NCBI GenBank assembly: GCA_964016885.1
Contig: OZ024743.1
Coordinates: forward strand, 373,550,001 to 373,614,000
Length of the DNA stretch: 64,000 nt
Reading direction: 5' to 3'
Origin: Eledone cirrhosa
Lineage: Eukaryota
A program made the position numbers and the translations under genes. Positions 11,547 through 21,836 of this stretch are shown here, in pieces; the stretch's first letter is position 1; each line of letters starts with the position of its first letter. A model generated the notes under the pieces. The model made no database searches. It saw only the letters and a list, made by a program, of their open reading frames with translations, and was not told where the DNA came from.

Positions 11547-11885
11547 ACCACCACCACCACCACCACCACTACTATTGCTACTGCTGCTGCTGCTGTTACT
11601 GCTGCTGCTGTTACTGCTGCTGCTGCTACTATTGCTGCTGCTACTATTGCTGCTGCTACTATTGCTGCTGCTGCTGCTGCTGCTACTACAACTACTACTG
11701 CTACTGTTATTACTATTATTACTACCATTACTACTACCACCACCATCATTACCACTACTACCATCATTACCACTACTACCATCACTACCACTACCACCAC
11801 CACTACTACCACTACCACCACCACTACTACCACTACCACCACCACTACTACCACTACCACCACCACTACTACCACCACCAACCAC
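11547..11885. repeat. Compound trinucleotide microsatellite (ACC/ACT/GCT)n
   Basis: Directly visible. Produces poly-V/L/H/S pseudo-ORFs. Confidence 0.97.
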
Positions 11886-12274
11886 TTCCACCAATAAAAT
11901 GTTCTAATGATTTTTCTTCAATATGATACCACTTCTCACTCCATTCTCTCATTACTTCCTCTCTTTTACTATTCCTAACTTTTGTCCTTGTAACATCAAG
12001 TTCAGACTGTCTTGTCTTTGTTTCCTTCCATCACATTCCTCTTATCTATCCTTTATTTCACCTCCTTTTTTTTTTATTTCATCTCATTTCTGTTGTATGG
12101 ACTGTGAATCGAACTCACAACCTCATTGTTGTATGTCTGTTAAATTCAATTTGTTCAATTTACATATGCTCACACATTTGCATATGAATCACGTGACCTG
12201 GGCAGTCAGTCAACGTTGGTATTAAAAACTCGATCACAGACTGCTACTTACTTACTTTATGTTATTCTGCTACT

Positions 12275-12432
12275 GTGAAATTGTTGTATTCCTCTCGGTA
12301 CTCGCAGAGAAAACACGAGTTATATCAAATAATTTGTGTAATTTGCGTTTTGGTTGTTTCGCAAATTACACAAATTATTTGATATAACTCGTGTTTTCTC
12401 TGCGAGTACTGAGAGGAACACAACAATTTCAC
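12275..12432. repeat. 73-bp inverted repeat hairpin with 12-nt loop
   Basis: 12275-12347 pairs with 12360-12432 with only two non-Watson-Crick positions. Confidence 0.95.
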
Positions 12433-12449
12433 TTTTATTTCACATATTT

Positions 12450-12800
12450 TCTTTTTCATTTCATCTCCTTTCTTTTTCATTTCATCTCCTTTCTTTTTCA
12501 TTTCATCTCCTTTCTTTTTTTATTTCACCTCCTTTCTCTTTTATTTCATCTCCTTTCTCTTTTATTTCACCTCCTTTCTCTTTTATTTCACCTCCTTTCT
12601 CTTTTATTTCACCTCCTTTCTCTTTTATTTCACCTCCTTTCTCTTTTATTTCATCTCCTTTCTCTTTTATTTCATCTCCTTTCTCTTTTATTTCATCTCC
12701 TTTCTCTTTTATTTCATCTCCTTTCTCTTTTATTTCATCTCCTTTCTCTTTTATTTCATTTCCTTTCTCCTTCATATCATCTTCTTTCTCCTTTATTTAA
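12450..12800. repeat. 21-bp pyrimidine-rich minisatellite (TATTTCAYCTCCTTTCTCTTT)
   Basis: Period 21 (12521, 12542, ...). Confidence 0.95.
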
Positions 12801-13955
12801 CCTCCTTTCTTTCATTTTCTTCACCTTCTATTCTATTTCTTTATCTCTAATCTACTCAGCCGGGTTCTATTCTCATTGCTCTATTTTCTGTTCACCCTCA
12901 CTTAGTTACATTACTTAAATGAATGGGTACAATTTTGGGAGGTTAGTACCCCTTAGTCTTACAAGTTTTAAGGTAAACTTACTAGTGGTAGTACTATGAT
13001 AAAATGCACCCAATACACTCTGCAAATAAGTTGGTATTCGAATGAAGGCAATAAGAGTTAAGAGAAACCCTTTAGTTTTGTCGAGGACATAACAACCTCT
13101 CTCTGGCTTGTGCCATTATAAACTGCACCCAGTTCACTTTAGGAAGGGTATCAAGTCATAGAAACCATGCCCAAAATGGAACTTATGAGCAAGATGTGAT
13201 TCTTTGACATGTTAAGTGTTGAACTGTGGCAACTTCTCCAGCCCATACCAACATGAAAGATGGACAAAAAATGATGATATACATTATGCCCAGGCTAAAT
13301 CTGAGTTCAAATGCCATTGAGGTTGAGCCTGCTTTTCATTCTTCATAGATCAACAAAATAAGTAGCAGTTAAGTTCAAAGATTGATATAGTTGACTCTCA
13401 CTGCCTCCCATCAAAATTTATGGTCTTGTGCCTTCAGTAGATATCAAAATGATCCAGATTTCTGTTTGCACCATACCTAAATGAAGGAGAATGTTATTAT
13501 TGTTGCCCCTCATCAGCTCTGATTCAGTTGTGCCTTGATTAAAGATGTTGCTTTAATGGATATGATTTCCACAAGAAACAAATCAATAAAAGAGACAGGA
13601 AAGGAGAGAGATAGAAGACATTCACACACACACTTTCTGTTACATACTACAGCAGGGAGTATTGGTGATGCCCACTATTAATGTTTGAGGGAACCTGAAA
13701 CACTCATGGCATTTACAGAAGGTGATAGAGAGACTGAGACACTGAAATAGCCAAGCACCTCCACAAGCATCACCTGATACTTTACTAAAAACTTTGACAG
13801 CAACCCAGCTCCGCCCATAAGTAATTTACCCTATTTTTTTTTCAACTATTATTTATAGTGATCAACTATATTTTTAGATATGATAAAAATATTATCTCAG
13901 TCAGTGAGGTGCATATATATGTATTTTTATATATAGCTCTGTTGTTGTTAATAAT

Positions 13956-14142
13956 TGTTTCTACTTTAGGCACAAGGCCAGCAATTATCTCGGTGTATTA
14001 CTGGTACTTTATTTTATCGACCCCGTAAGGATGAAAGGCAAAGTTAACCTTGGCGGGATTTGAACTCAGACCATAAAGGGTTGTAACTCTTTGCTGCAAA
14101 GCATGGCGTCAGACCCTCTACCGATACTGCCATTCCACTGCC
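13956..14142 (-). mobile_element. tRNA-derived SINE (same family)
   Basis: Near-identical to the other copies. TSD TTGTTGTTAATAAT at 13942-13955 and 14143-14156. Confidence 0.9.
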
Positions 14143-14861
14143 TTGTTGTTAATAATAATGAAAACTGTGTACAGTGCTCAGGTGCACTACAACTCATCAA
14201 ATGTGCATCTATACTACATAGAATAATGTACAAATATCAGGAAAGTGAACAGTGTATGAGTCATGATATACACACAGCCACACACACATGCGTGTGTATT
14301 GGAGGGGGAATATCAGGTGTAGTGTTGGCAAATTTCGGGAAGCATGGAAGTTTTGTAGGCTACAGTGTCCCAGCAGCTAACTGTTATTGTTGTTTAATCC
14401 TACACCAGTCCTGGTTGGGTATTAATATAATCAAAGGCTTTCCAGCTATGACCATCCTGTTTTTAGGGGAGTCTAGGACGCATTATCTAATATGCCCTTT
14501 CCATTTTTTTTCTAAGAGTATAAGGTTTGATTTGAGTGGGGATTTGGCTGCTATATCTAACAGACTGAATGACCATGTTGAAATTCCATCATTGGCTTGC
14601 TGAGCGATTTGATTGATACAATTGTTGTATGTAAACAGCCTTGTATAATTCTATAATGATGCTATTGTTAGTGGGTCATTCATCCATAGAATACAGTGTA
14701 ACATAGTATTGCTGCACCAGCCTTCATCTATAATGTAACAAAAGAAGCTGTAGTTAATGTTATTGATAATGTTCACAGAAGCATGCTATCAATATAACTA
14801 CCACTGTTAACCCCTTTTGACACCATATTTCTAACGAAGCACTCTGCCTTCATTGTCACTA

Positions 14862-15183
14862 CCATCATCATCATCACCACCACCATCATCATTAACACCA
14901 TCATCATCGTCATTAACATCATCGTCATTAACATCATCATCATTATCATCATCATCATTATCATCATCATCGTTAACATCATCATCATTAACATCATCAT
15001 CATTAACATCATCATCATCATCAACATTGTCGTCATTAACATCATCGTCGTCATTAACATCATCGTCGTCATTAACATCATCATCATCATTAACATCATC
15101 ATCATTAACATCATCATTAACATCATCATCATTAACATCATCATCATTAACATCATCATCATTAACATCATTAACATCATCAT
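14862..15183. repeat. (CAT)n microsatellite with periodic TAA interruptions
   Basis: Units such as TAACATCATCATCAT. Confidence 0.96.
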
Positions 15184-15264
15184 GACAAAAACGCCCAGCC
15201 CACACTATAAAGAGGTTGTGTAGGTGTCACAACATAAAAAGCACCCAGCCCACATAATCAGTGA

Positions 15265-15304
<40 letters not shown>

Positions 15305-15360
15305 TTTGTTTTTGAATTTGTTTTGTATGATTTCTTATCTGAAAACGTGTGTTGAAACAG

Positions 15361-15829
15361 ATATTGTTATACTTTGGGAGGGTCATGCTGCCAATAAAAA
15401 CACACGCACCAGTTGGTTTTCACTTCAATTTATTATAAATTTCCGGTTGGCTGGTTGATTGGTTGGCTGGTTGATTCGATAACCGGGTGGTTGTTTATAT
15501 ATTGTCAAAGCTCTTTCGTCACATTCTGTGACCTCCTCAGTGACTGGGTTTCTATTTTGTGTCTCTCCTTACACCATCTTGATTTTACAAAAAGAATGTT
15601 CACAGTGTTCACAAAGTTTTACAAAAACAAGATGGTGTAGGAGAGACACATAATAAAAACCCAGTCACTGAGGAGGTCACAGAATGTGTGATGAAAGAAC
15701 TTTGACAATATATAAACAACCATCCGGTTATCGAACAAACCAACCAGAAATTTATAATAAATTGAAGTGAAAACCAACAGGTGTGTCTGTTTTTATTGGC
15801 AGCATGACCCTCCCAAAGTATATCAATAT
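15361..15829. mobile_element. Fold-back element (~200-220-bp arms) with a minimal hammerhead-like motif in each arm; probable Penelope-like terminal remnant
   Basis: 15361-15581 is the imperfect reverse complement of 15628-15829. GTCA-CTGAGGA-G-GTCACAgaaTGTGAC-GAAA-GAGC-TT-TGAC on - (15504-15544), variant on + (15664-15706). Confidence 0.65.
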
Positions 15830-15849
15830 ATATATATATATATATATAT

Positions 15850-15906
15850 AATGGCTTTCTTGATGATCTCCTCTGAATGAAACAGTTCTAGTCCTGTAGA
15901 GCCATT
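15850..15906 (+). ncRNA. Degenerate type I hammerhead motif, same family as 5356-5406
   Basis: AATGGCTTTC-TTGATGA...AATGAAACAGTTCTAGTCCTGTAGAGCCATT: identical stem III, C3>U core change. Confidence 0.55.
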
Positions 15907-16037
15907 TCTATTTTAAATATTTATACTCTGCTATGTATTGAGTACCTTGCTTACTGTGGTTACCTCTGATTGAACCCAGGATAAACTTATATATATCTGT
16001 CTGACTATGAACTAAATACATATATATCTTTCTTCAG

Positions 16038-16310
16038 TGATGGTAAGCCATTTGATAGCAACAAGCAGGTGAGATACCAGTCATCAACACCAACACCGAG
16101 CGCCTGCTGCAGTTCGTCAAAGATGGGCACAGCTCAATCTGGTGGTGCACCTTCTGGATCAACGACAGCATCTGCTGCAGCCTCCTCAGCATCTTCAACA
16201 AATACATCAGACCCGAGTGTAGACTTTGAACTTGATTTCAAAGTGTTCATTAACAGTGGAAAATGGATCCTGCATCCAAAAGAAACCAAAGAAGATGACC
16301 TCAAGAAGGG
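16038..16310 (+). CDS. BLTP1: BLTP1 exon (DGKPFDSNK...DPSVDFELDFKVFINSGKWILHPKETKEDDLKK)
   Basis: tcttcag| acceptor, |gtacag donor, phase 2 to 2. DFELD.KV.I.SGK..LHP matches recalled KIAA1109 DFELDIRVEIDSGKCVLHP. Confidence 0.88.
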
Positions 16311-16359
16311 GTACAGGGCTCTACTTTCTCATATTTCATTTATCTCTCAGCACTAAGTC

Positions 16360-16746
16360 TACCCAGTAAAATGGTGTTGGTGCCATGACAAGAAACACCT
16401 GGACCATCCTGTAAGGTGGCAGCACTGGTGCCATGATAAAAAGCATGCAGACCATCCTGTAAGGTGGGCATGCTGGTGTCACAACGAAAAGCAACCAGTC
16501 AATCCTGTAAAGTGGTAGTGGTGGTGCCACAAATAAAGTGCCCAGGACACCCTGTAAGGTGGTAGTGCTGGTAACACAATAAAGCTGTAATTTTGTTGGC
16601 ATGAGAGAGGACTTCCAGCTGTAGAAACCAAGTCAAAATTGATTAGTATGAGCAAGATGTGGTCATTTAACTTGCCTGGCCTCATAGTGAGGCAATCAGT
16701 CTAACCCATTCAAGCATGTCAAATAGACGTTAAACAGTGATGATGA
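16360..16746 (+). mobile_element. RTE 3'UTR-related element with internal ~44-bp tandem repeats and (TGA)n tail
   Basis: Repeated GGTGCCAYGAYAAAAAGCA...ATCCTGTAAGGTGG, then TCCAGCTGTAGAAACC...GACGTTAAACAGTGATGATGA, as at 21690-21836. Confidence 0.7.
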
Positions 16747-16999
16747 TACAGTGAAAGCAGCATGGCGAAACTGTTAAGAAGTTTGTTTTGCAATCATAAG
16801 ATACCAGGTTCAATCCTATTGCATGGCATATTGAGCAAGTGTCATTTAACACAACCATAGGCCAATTTGTGAATAAAATTTGTTTGACAGAAACGATTTG
16901 GAAGCTTGTTGGCTGGACTACATATAATTTCAATGGTCAGCCATGACACTGTCATAGTGAATTTGCATGAGAATTACATTAAAAGTACATGTACAAGGC

Positions 17000-17320
17000 A
17001 CATTGCTTAGTTAGAGCATTGGGCTTGCAATTGAGAGGTTGTGAGTTTGATTCTTGGAATGGGTGATGTGTTGTGTTCTTGAGCAAGACACTTTATTTCA
17101 CGTTACTCCAGTTTACTCAGCTGTAGAAATGAGTTGCGACGTCACTGGTGCCAAGTTGTATCGGTTATTGCCTTTCACTTGGACAACATCGGTGGTGTGG
17201 AGAGGGTTGACTGGTATGTATGAGCGACTGCTGGTCTTCCACAAACAATGTTGTCCAGGCTTGTGCCTCAGAGTGAAACTTTCTAGGTGCAAAACCATGG
17301 TCATTAATGACCAATGGAGG
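17000..17320 (+). mobile_element. Second tRNA-derived SINE family
   Basis: A/B-box-like head followed by GTGTTCTTGAGCAAGACACTTTATTTCA. A related minus-strand copy lies near 6330-6475. Confidence 0.6.
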
Positions 17321-17682
17321 CCTACAGATGAATGCTCAGCCACTTACACCATAATACAAGATGGACTGTACCTGTGGTTCAAAGGCTCAGCCATGTTACA
17401 CAATTATGCTGAATCTCCCTGAGAAGTACATTAATGGTACATATGTCTCTGGAAATTCTCAGCCAACTACCCATTAATTTCAAGAGTAGGATGTTTCATT
17501 GCTCCAACAACTGGAACACCATAGAAGCTGTTAAAGGTCTGTTTACCTTTTAATTACATTTGTGACAAGTTGCTACAAATCTTTGATGAATCAAACAGCT
17601 CCTAATTTAGTCACAAGGCCAACAGTTTTAAAATACTTGTTGTTGTATACATTGCTGTTTACTGTAATCATTGGTGTTGCAG

Positions 17683-17851
17683 GGTTAACAAAAAGCCAGA
17701 AACCTCACCAATCACTAGTCGTAAGAAGATGAAGCGACAAGATTCCAACACAACTTTGTTCACTCATGCAAGTCACGGGAAGAAAGGGCCACCAACACAA
17801 CCCCCAGCTGTCGAAAATACAGTCTTCTTTCTACCAGGTTTAGATGTGAGG
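17683..17851 (+). CDS. BLTP1: BLTP1 exon (VNKKPETSPITSRKKMKRQ...VENTVFFLPGLDVR)
   Basis: ttgcag| and |gtgagt, phase 2 to 0. Matches recalled ETTVFYIPGVDVK. Confidence 0.92.
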
Positions 17852-18137
17852 GTGAGTACAAGCTACATTCTACAACTCCAATAATATTTTCATTACTCTT
17901 GGATGAGATGCTTTGTGGTATTTGTTCTGCTTCTGTACATTCTGAGTTCAAATCCAGCTACCAGAGAAGCAGTAATGTGTAATAAAGGAGTTCACTTCAC
18001 AACCTTGTGGTTTGGATTCTGACCTACTGCATGTCTCTTTGGGTGTTATCTACTATATACTTTCTTGTGTATATAACTCATCCATGTGGGTGAAATTTGG
18101 TTGATGGAAACTGCATAAGCCCATAGTGTATGTGTGT

Positions 18138-18295
18138 ATCATCATCATCATCATCATCATCACCGTTTTACGTCCGTTCTTCCACGCTAGCATGGGTTAG
18201 ACGGGTTGTCCTGTTGTGGGCAGTGTCTGGTCGGCTGACCATGCCTTGCTCATACAGGAACTGATCTGGCTTGATTTCTACAGCTGGATGCCCTT
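18138..18295 (-). mobile_element. Short RTE 3'-end copy with (ATG)n tail
   Basis: Reverse complement resembles 21693-21836 (AAGGGCATCCAGCTGTAGAAA...CCCATGCTAGCGTGGAA..CGGACGT). Confidence 0.85.
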
Positions 18296-18626
18296 GTGGT
18301 TTGAAGTGAACTCCTTTATTACACATTACTGCTTCTCTGGTAGCTGGATTTGAACTCAGAATGTACAGAATGTATATGTATTATATATATATATATATAT
18401 ACAAGGGATAACAAAATATTGTTATAGGTAATCCAGTTAGAGGTTGTGAATACTTCTTATTATGGATAGTTTTAGCGTACGGCTTTGTTTGACTCAACAA
18501 GAGGTTTACGTAGATGGCGAGTTTATGATTTAACTTGTATTCCTATGTAAGATTATCTTGGAGTAATAAAATTGAAAAAATGCGAAGAATAACATGGTCA
18601 ACAGTACAAAAAAGGGGAATTTATTT

Positions 18627-18738
18627 ACAGTCTAACAATTGTTTCTCTGATTGAGTTGTCTAAAAATTGCTGAACACTAGAAGCAGTGCCACTCAATTTT
18701 AAATACGATGCTAGCTCAATCATGTCATCAGAAACTGT
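18627..18738 (-). ncRNA. Type I hammerhead ribozyme in the Penelope 3' repeat (long stem II, palindromic stem III)
   Basis: On -: ACAGTTT-CTGATGA-CATGATTGAG...CTCAATCAGA-GAAA-CAATTG-TT-AGACTGT. 7-bp stem I. The AACAATTGTT palindrome is typical of PLE minimal hammerheads. Confidence 0.7.
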
Positions 18739-19181
18739 TATAAAAAATATATATAACCCGCAAATCTACAAATTCAAATTTCAGCATCAATAATAATATT
18801 AGTAATAAAGATAGAGAGAGAACAAAAGAAAGAAAGAGAGATAGATAAAGGAAAGAAAGAAAGAAAAAGGAAAAAGAAAAAGGAGAAATGAAAACAGAGA
18901 AAGATATAGAGAGAAAAAAAGATGTAGAGAAAGGAGGATAGAAAAGGATAGAGGAGAAATGATGCAAGAGAAAAAATGATATCAACAATAAATGAATAAA
19001 TGTTAATACATGAATAAATGTAAATAAATAAATAAATAAATGAATAACTAAACAAATTATATCGAGTATGATACAAAATGATACAAAATATGAAAATAAA
19101 TAAGTAAAATGTGCGAAGAAATTTAAACATATAAAGATTATTGAAAGTGGTTAAAATATAGAGAGATGCGAAGGTATAAAT

Positions 19182-21437
19182 ATGATAATGTTAAATAAGG
19201 ACCCCACAGCCAGGAATAAATTTCAAAGCATATTACTTGATGCTTTCGACAGTAAGGAAGAACATTTAGAGTCGGACAATATAGAGGGAGAGTGGGAATT
19301 TCTGAAAGCAAACCTGCTGTTGGCGACAGACGAGGTCTGTGGCTGGAGCAGGCCTGTAGGCAGGAGGAGAGTAACATGGTGGTGGAACAGTAAGGTGGAG
19401 GGGTCAATTAAGGCCAAAAAGCAGGCTTGGAAAGTATGGCGGGATGGGGGAAGTAGAGAGGACTATCAAGTGGCCAGGAGGGAAGCTAGGAGACAAGTGT
19501 ACTTAGCAAGAAGGGAAGCTGAGGAAAGAAAGTTCAAGCATGTTCTACAACGCGATGACCAAAAACGTGAGGTGTTCAGGATTGCTAGGCAATGCGTCAA
19601 GGAAAACCGTGATATTGTCGGGGAGAAGTGTGTACTAAACGACGATGGCACACTTGCCATCACCGACGCTGATAAGAAGGTAGCTTGGAAGTGTCACTAT
19701 GAAAGGCTTCTAAATGAGGAGAATAATTGGGAGAAAGGCAGTCTCCCCCATATCGACCCAATAGAGGGACCAGCAGTGTTAGTCGAGGGGAGTATAATAA
19801 GTAAGGCAATCAAGGATATGAAGACTGGTAAGGCGGCTGGGCCTTCGGAAATAGTTGCTGAGATGCTGAAGGCATCTGGCACGGTGGGACACACCATGGT
19901 CACCCGCATAGTTAACCAAGTCGTACAGAATGGGGTTGTTCCGAAGGACTGGCATAGCAGCATCATCGTTAACTGTTATAAGGGTAAAGGAGACGCCCTA
20001 GATAGGAGTAACTATAGAGGCATTAAATTAATCGACCAGGTCATGAAGGTCACGGAAAGAGTAATAGCGCAACTAATCAGAGAGAGAATTGACCTAGATG
20101 AAATGCAGTTCGGGTTTGTGTCAGGCAAAAGTACCACAGACGCTCTTTTCATAGTACGACAACTACAGGAGAAGTACCTAGCTAAAGGTAAACCCCTCTA
20201 CTTAGCTTTTGTCGACTTGGAGAAAGCCTTCGACAGAGTCCCCCGCTCCATTATCTGGTGGGCTCTTAGAAAACTAGGCGTTGACGAATGGCTTGTGAGG
20301 GCTATACAAGCCATGTATAAAGAAACAGTCAGCAAGGTTAGAATTAACAACGAATATAGTGAAGAGTTTAGCGTAAAAGTTGGCGTCCATCAGGGCTCTG
20401 TTCTCAGTCCACTACTATTTATTATTGCCCTTCAGGCTATAACAGAGGAGTTCAAGACAGGCTGCCCATGGGAACTCCTATACGCAGACGACCTGACACT
20501 CATAGCGGAATCAATGGCCGAGCTAGAGAAGAAATTCCAAACATGGAAGCACGGCCTAGAGTCAAAAGGACTTAAAATTAACCTGGCTAAGACCAAAGTA
20601 CTAGTTTGTAGGAAAGAAAACAAGGCGGCGGTCCCTTCTGGGAAATGGTCGTGCTCGGTGTGTAGGAAAGGCGTAGGTAGAAACTCCATTTTATGTCCTA
20701 AATGCAAAGTATGGGTGCATAAAAGATGTAGTGGGATCACAGGTAAGCTAACTAAGAACATAGATTTTACATGTGGCCGGTGCTCTGGTGCAATAAGTAG
20801 CAGCAAGTGCCCACAAACTACTAGCTCTTTCAATTGCGCAGAGGGTTCTATAGAAATAGTGGACAGCTTCCGTTACCTGGGCGATAAAATCAGCAGTGGG
20901 GGAGGGTGCTCTGAAAGTACTGTAGCTAGAGTCAGAACTGGTTGGAAAAAGTTCAGAGAGCTTATACCACTATTAGCTGCTAAAGGGTTCTCACTAAAAA
21001 TGAAAGGCAGGTTGTACGATGCCTGCATACGAACAGCAATGCTGCATGGCAGTGAGACCTGGGCATTGTGTGCAGAGGATATACGCAGACTAGAGAGGAA
21101 CGAAGCTTGCATGCTCCGCTGGATGTGTAACAGTAATATACGTGAACGGCAAAGCATAAACGAACTAAGGAAAAAATTAGAGATAAGAGGGATCAGATGT
21201 TGTTTACTCGAGAGAAGGCTACGTTGGTATGGACACGTGATGCGCATGAAAGTCGATAGCTGTATAACAAAGTGCAGGGCAATAAAGATAGACGGTAGTC
21301 ACGGAATAGGCAGACCTAGAAAAACCTGGGACGAGCTGATAAACTCCGACATCACACACTTACACCTCTCCAAGACAATGTCACTGGACCGAGACCTTTG
21401 GCGGTACTCAGTAACAGAGAAGACCCGCCTTACCTAA
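19182..21437 (+). CDS. RTE reverse transcriptase ORF (751 aa) with internal PHD finger; start codon lies in the flanking Penelope DNA
   Basis: ORF track plus motifs above. C4HC3 motif at 20652-20783. Confidence 0.8.
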   Translation: MIMLNKDPTARNKFQSILLDAFDSKEEHLESDNIEGEWEFLKANLLLATDEVCGWSRPVGRRRVTWWWNSKVEGSIKAKKQAWKVWRDGGSREDYQVARREARRQVYLARREAEERKFKHVLQRDDQKREVFRIARQCVKENRDIVGEKCVLNDDGTLAITDADKKVAWKCHYERLLNEENNWEKGSLPHIDPIEGPAVLVEGSIISKAIKDMKTGKAAGPSEIVAEMLKASGTVGHTMVTRIVNQVVQNGVVPKDWHSSIIVNCYKGKGDALDRSNYRGIKLIDQVMKVTERVIAQLIRERIDLDEMQFGFVSGKSTTDALFIVRQLQEKYLAKGKPLYLAFVDLEKAFDRVPRSIIWWALRKLGVDEWLVRAIQAMYKETVSKVRINNEYSEEFSVKVGVHQGSVLSPLLFIIALQAITEEFKTGCPWELLYADDLTLIAESMAELEKKFQTWKHGLESKGLKINLAKTKVLVCRKENKAAVPSGKWSCSVCRKGVGRNSILCPKCKVWVHKRCSGITGKLTKNIDFTCGRCSGAISSSKCPQTTSSFNCAEGSIEIVDSFRYLGDKISSGGGCSESTVARVRTGWKKFRELIPLLAAKGFSLKMKGRLYDACIRTAMLHGSETWALCAEDIRRLERNEACMLRWMCNSNIRERQSINELRKKLEIRGIRCCLLERRLRWYGHVMRMKVDSCITKCRAIKIDGSHGIGRPRKTWDELINSDITHLHLSKTMSLDRDLWRYSVTEKTRLT

Positions 21438-21836
21438 ATATATAGTAAAACCTACTCCAGCCAGTAGGCATCTCTAACAAAATACACCCCGTCCCACCAC
21501 CACCACCCCCACCCGATCCACACCACCCCGTTCTATGTAAAGTTATGTTGGTGCCGCGCCATCGAGGCCGAAACAAATGAGATCGTGTAGGTGTCACGAC
21601 AAAAAAACACACAGTCCACGCTGTAATGTGGCCGTGTAGGCAACACGGTAAAAACCTCCCAGACCCACACTGTAAATGTGGTTGGTGTTAGGAAGGGCAT
21701 CCAACTGTAGAAAACCTGCCAGACAGTCCTATGCGAGCAAGACAATCACTCTTGCCTCAAGTGGGACTACCCCCGTCCAAACCCATGCAAGCGTGGAACA
21801 CGGACGTTAAACGTTGATGATGATGATGATGATGAT
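19198..21836 (+). mobile_element. 5'-truncated RTE-clade LINE with uninterrupted RT ORF, 3'UTR and (TGA)n tail
   Basis: RT motifs KAAGP, NYRGI, QFGF, FVDLEKAFD, GVHQGSVLSP, YADD (20481-20492), YLG. RTE-type C-terminus (RLRWYGHVMRM, GRPRKTW). No APE domain. Confidence 0.96.

Noticed and set aside
11342-11926. Poly-V/L, His/Cys/Tyr-rich and Gly/Ser-rich ORFs
   Set aside because: Triplet microsatellite artefacts. The real exon (11331-11540) ends at GTAAGT before the repeat.
14773-15205. Asp-rich / Met-rich ORFs resembling biomineralisation or reflectin-like proteins
   Set aside because: Pure (CAT)n-derived repeat in an intron, with no signal peptide, splice structure or reflectin motifs.
16042-16075. 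Strong internal donors (G|GTAAGC, CAG|GTGAGA) in exon 16038-16310
   Set aside because: Using them would skip the conserved DFELD...LHP block, and I found no frame-preserving internal acceptor.
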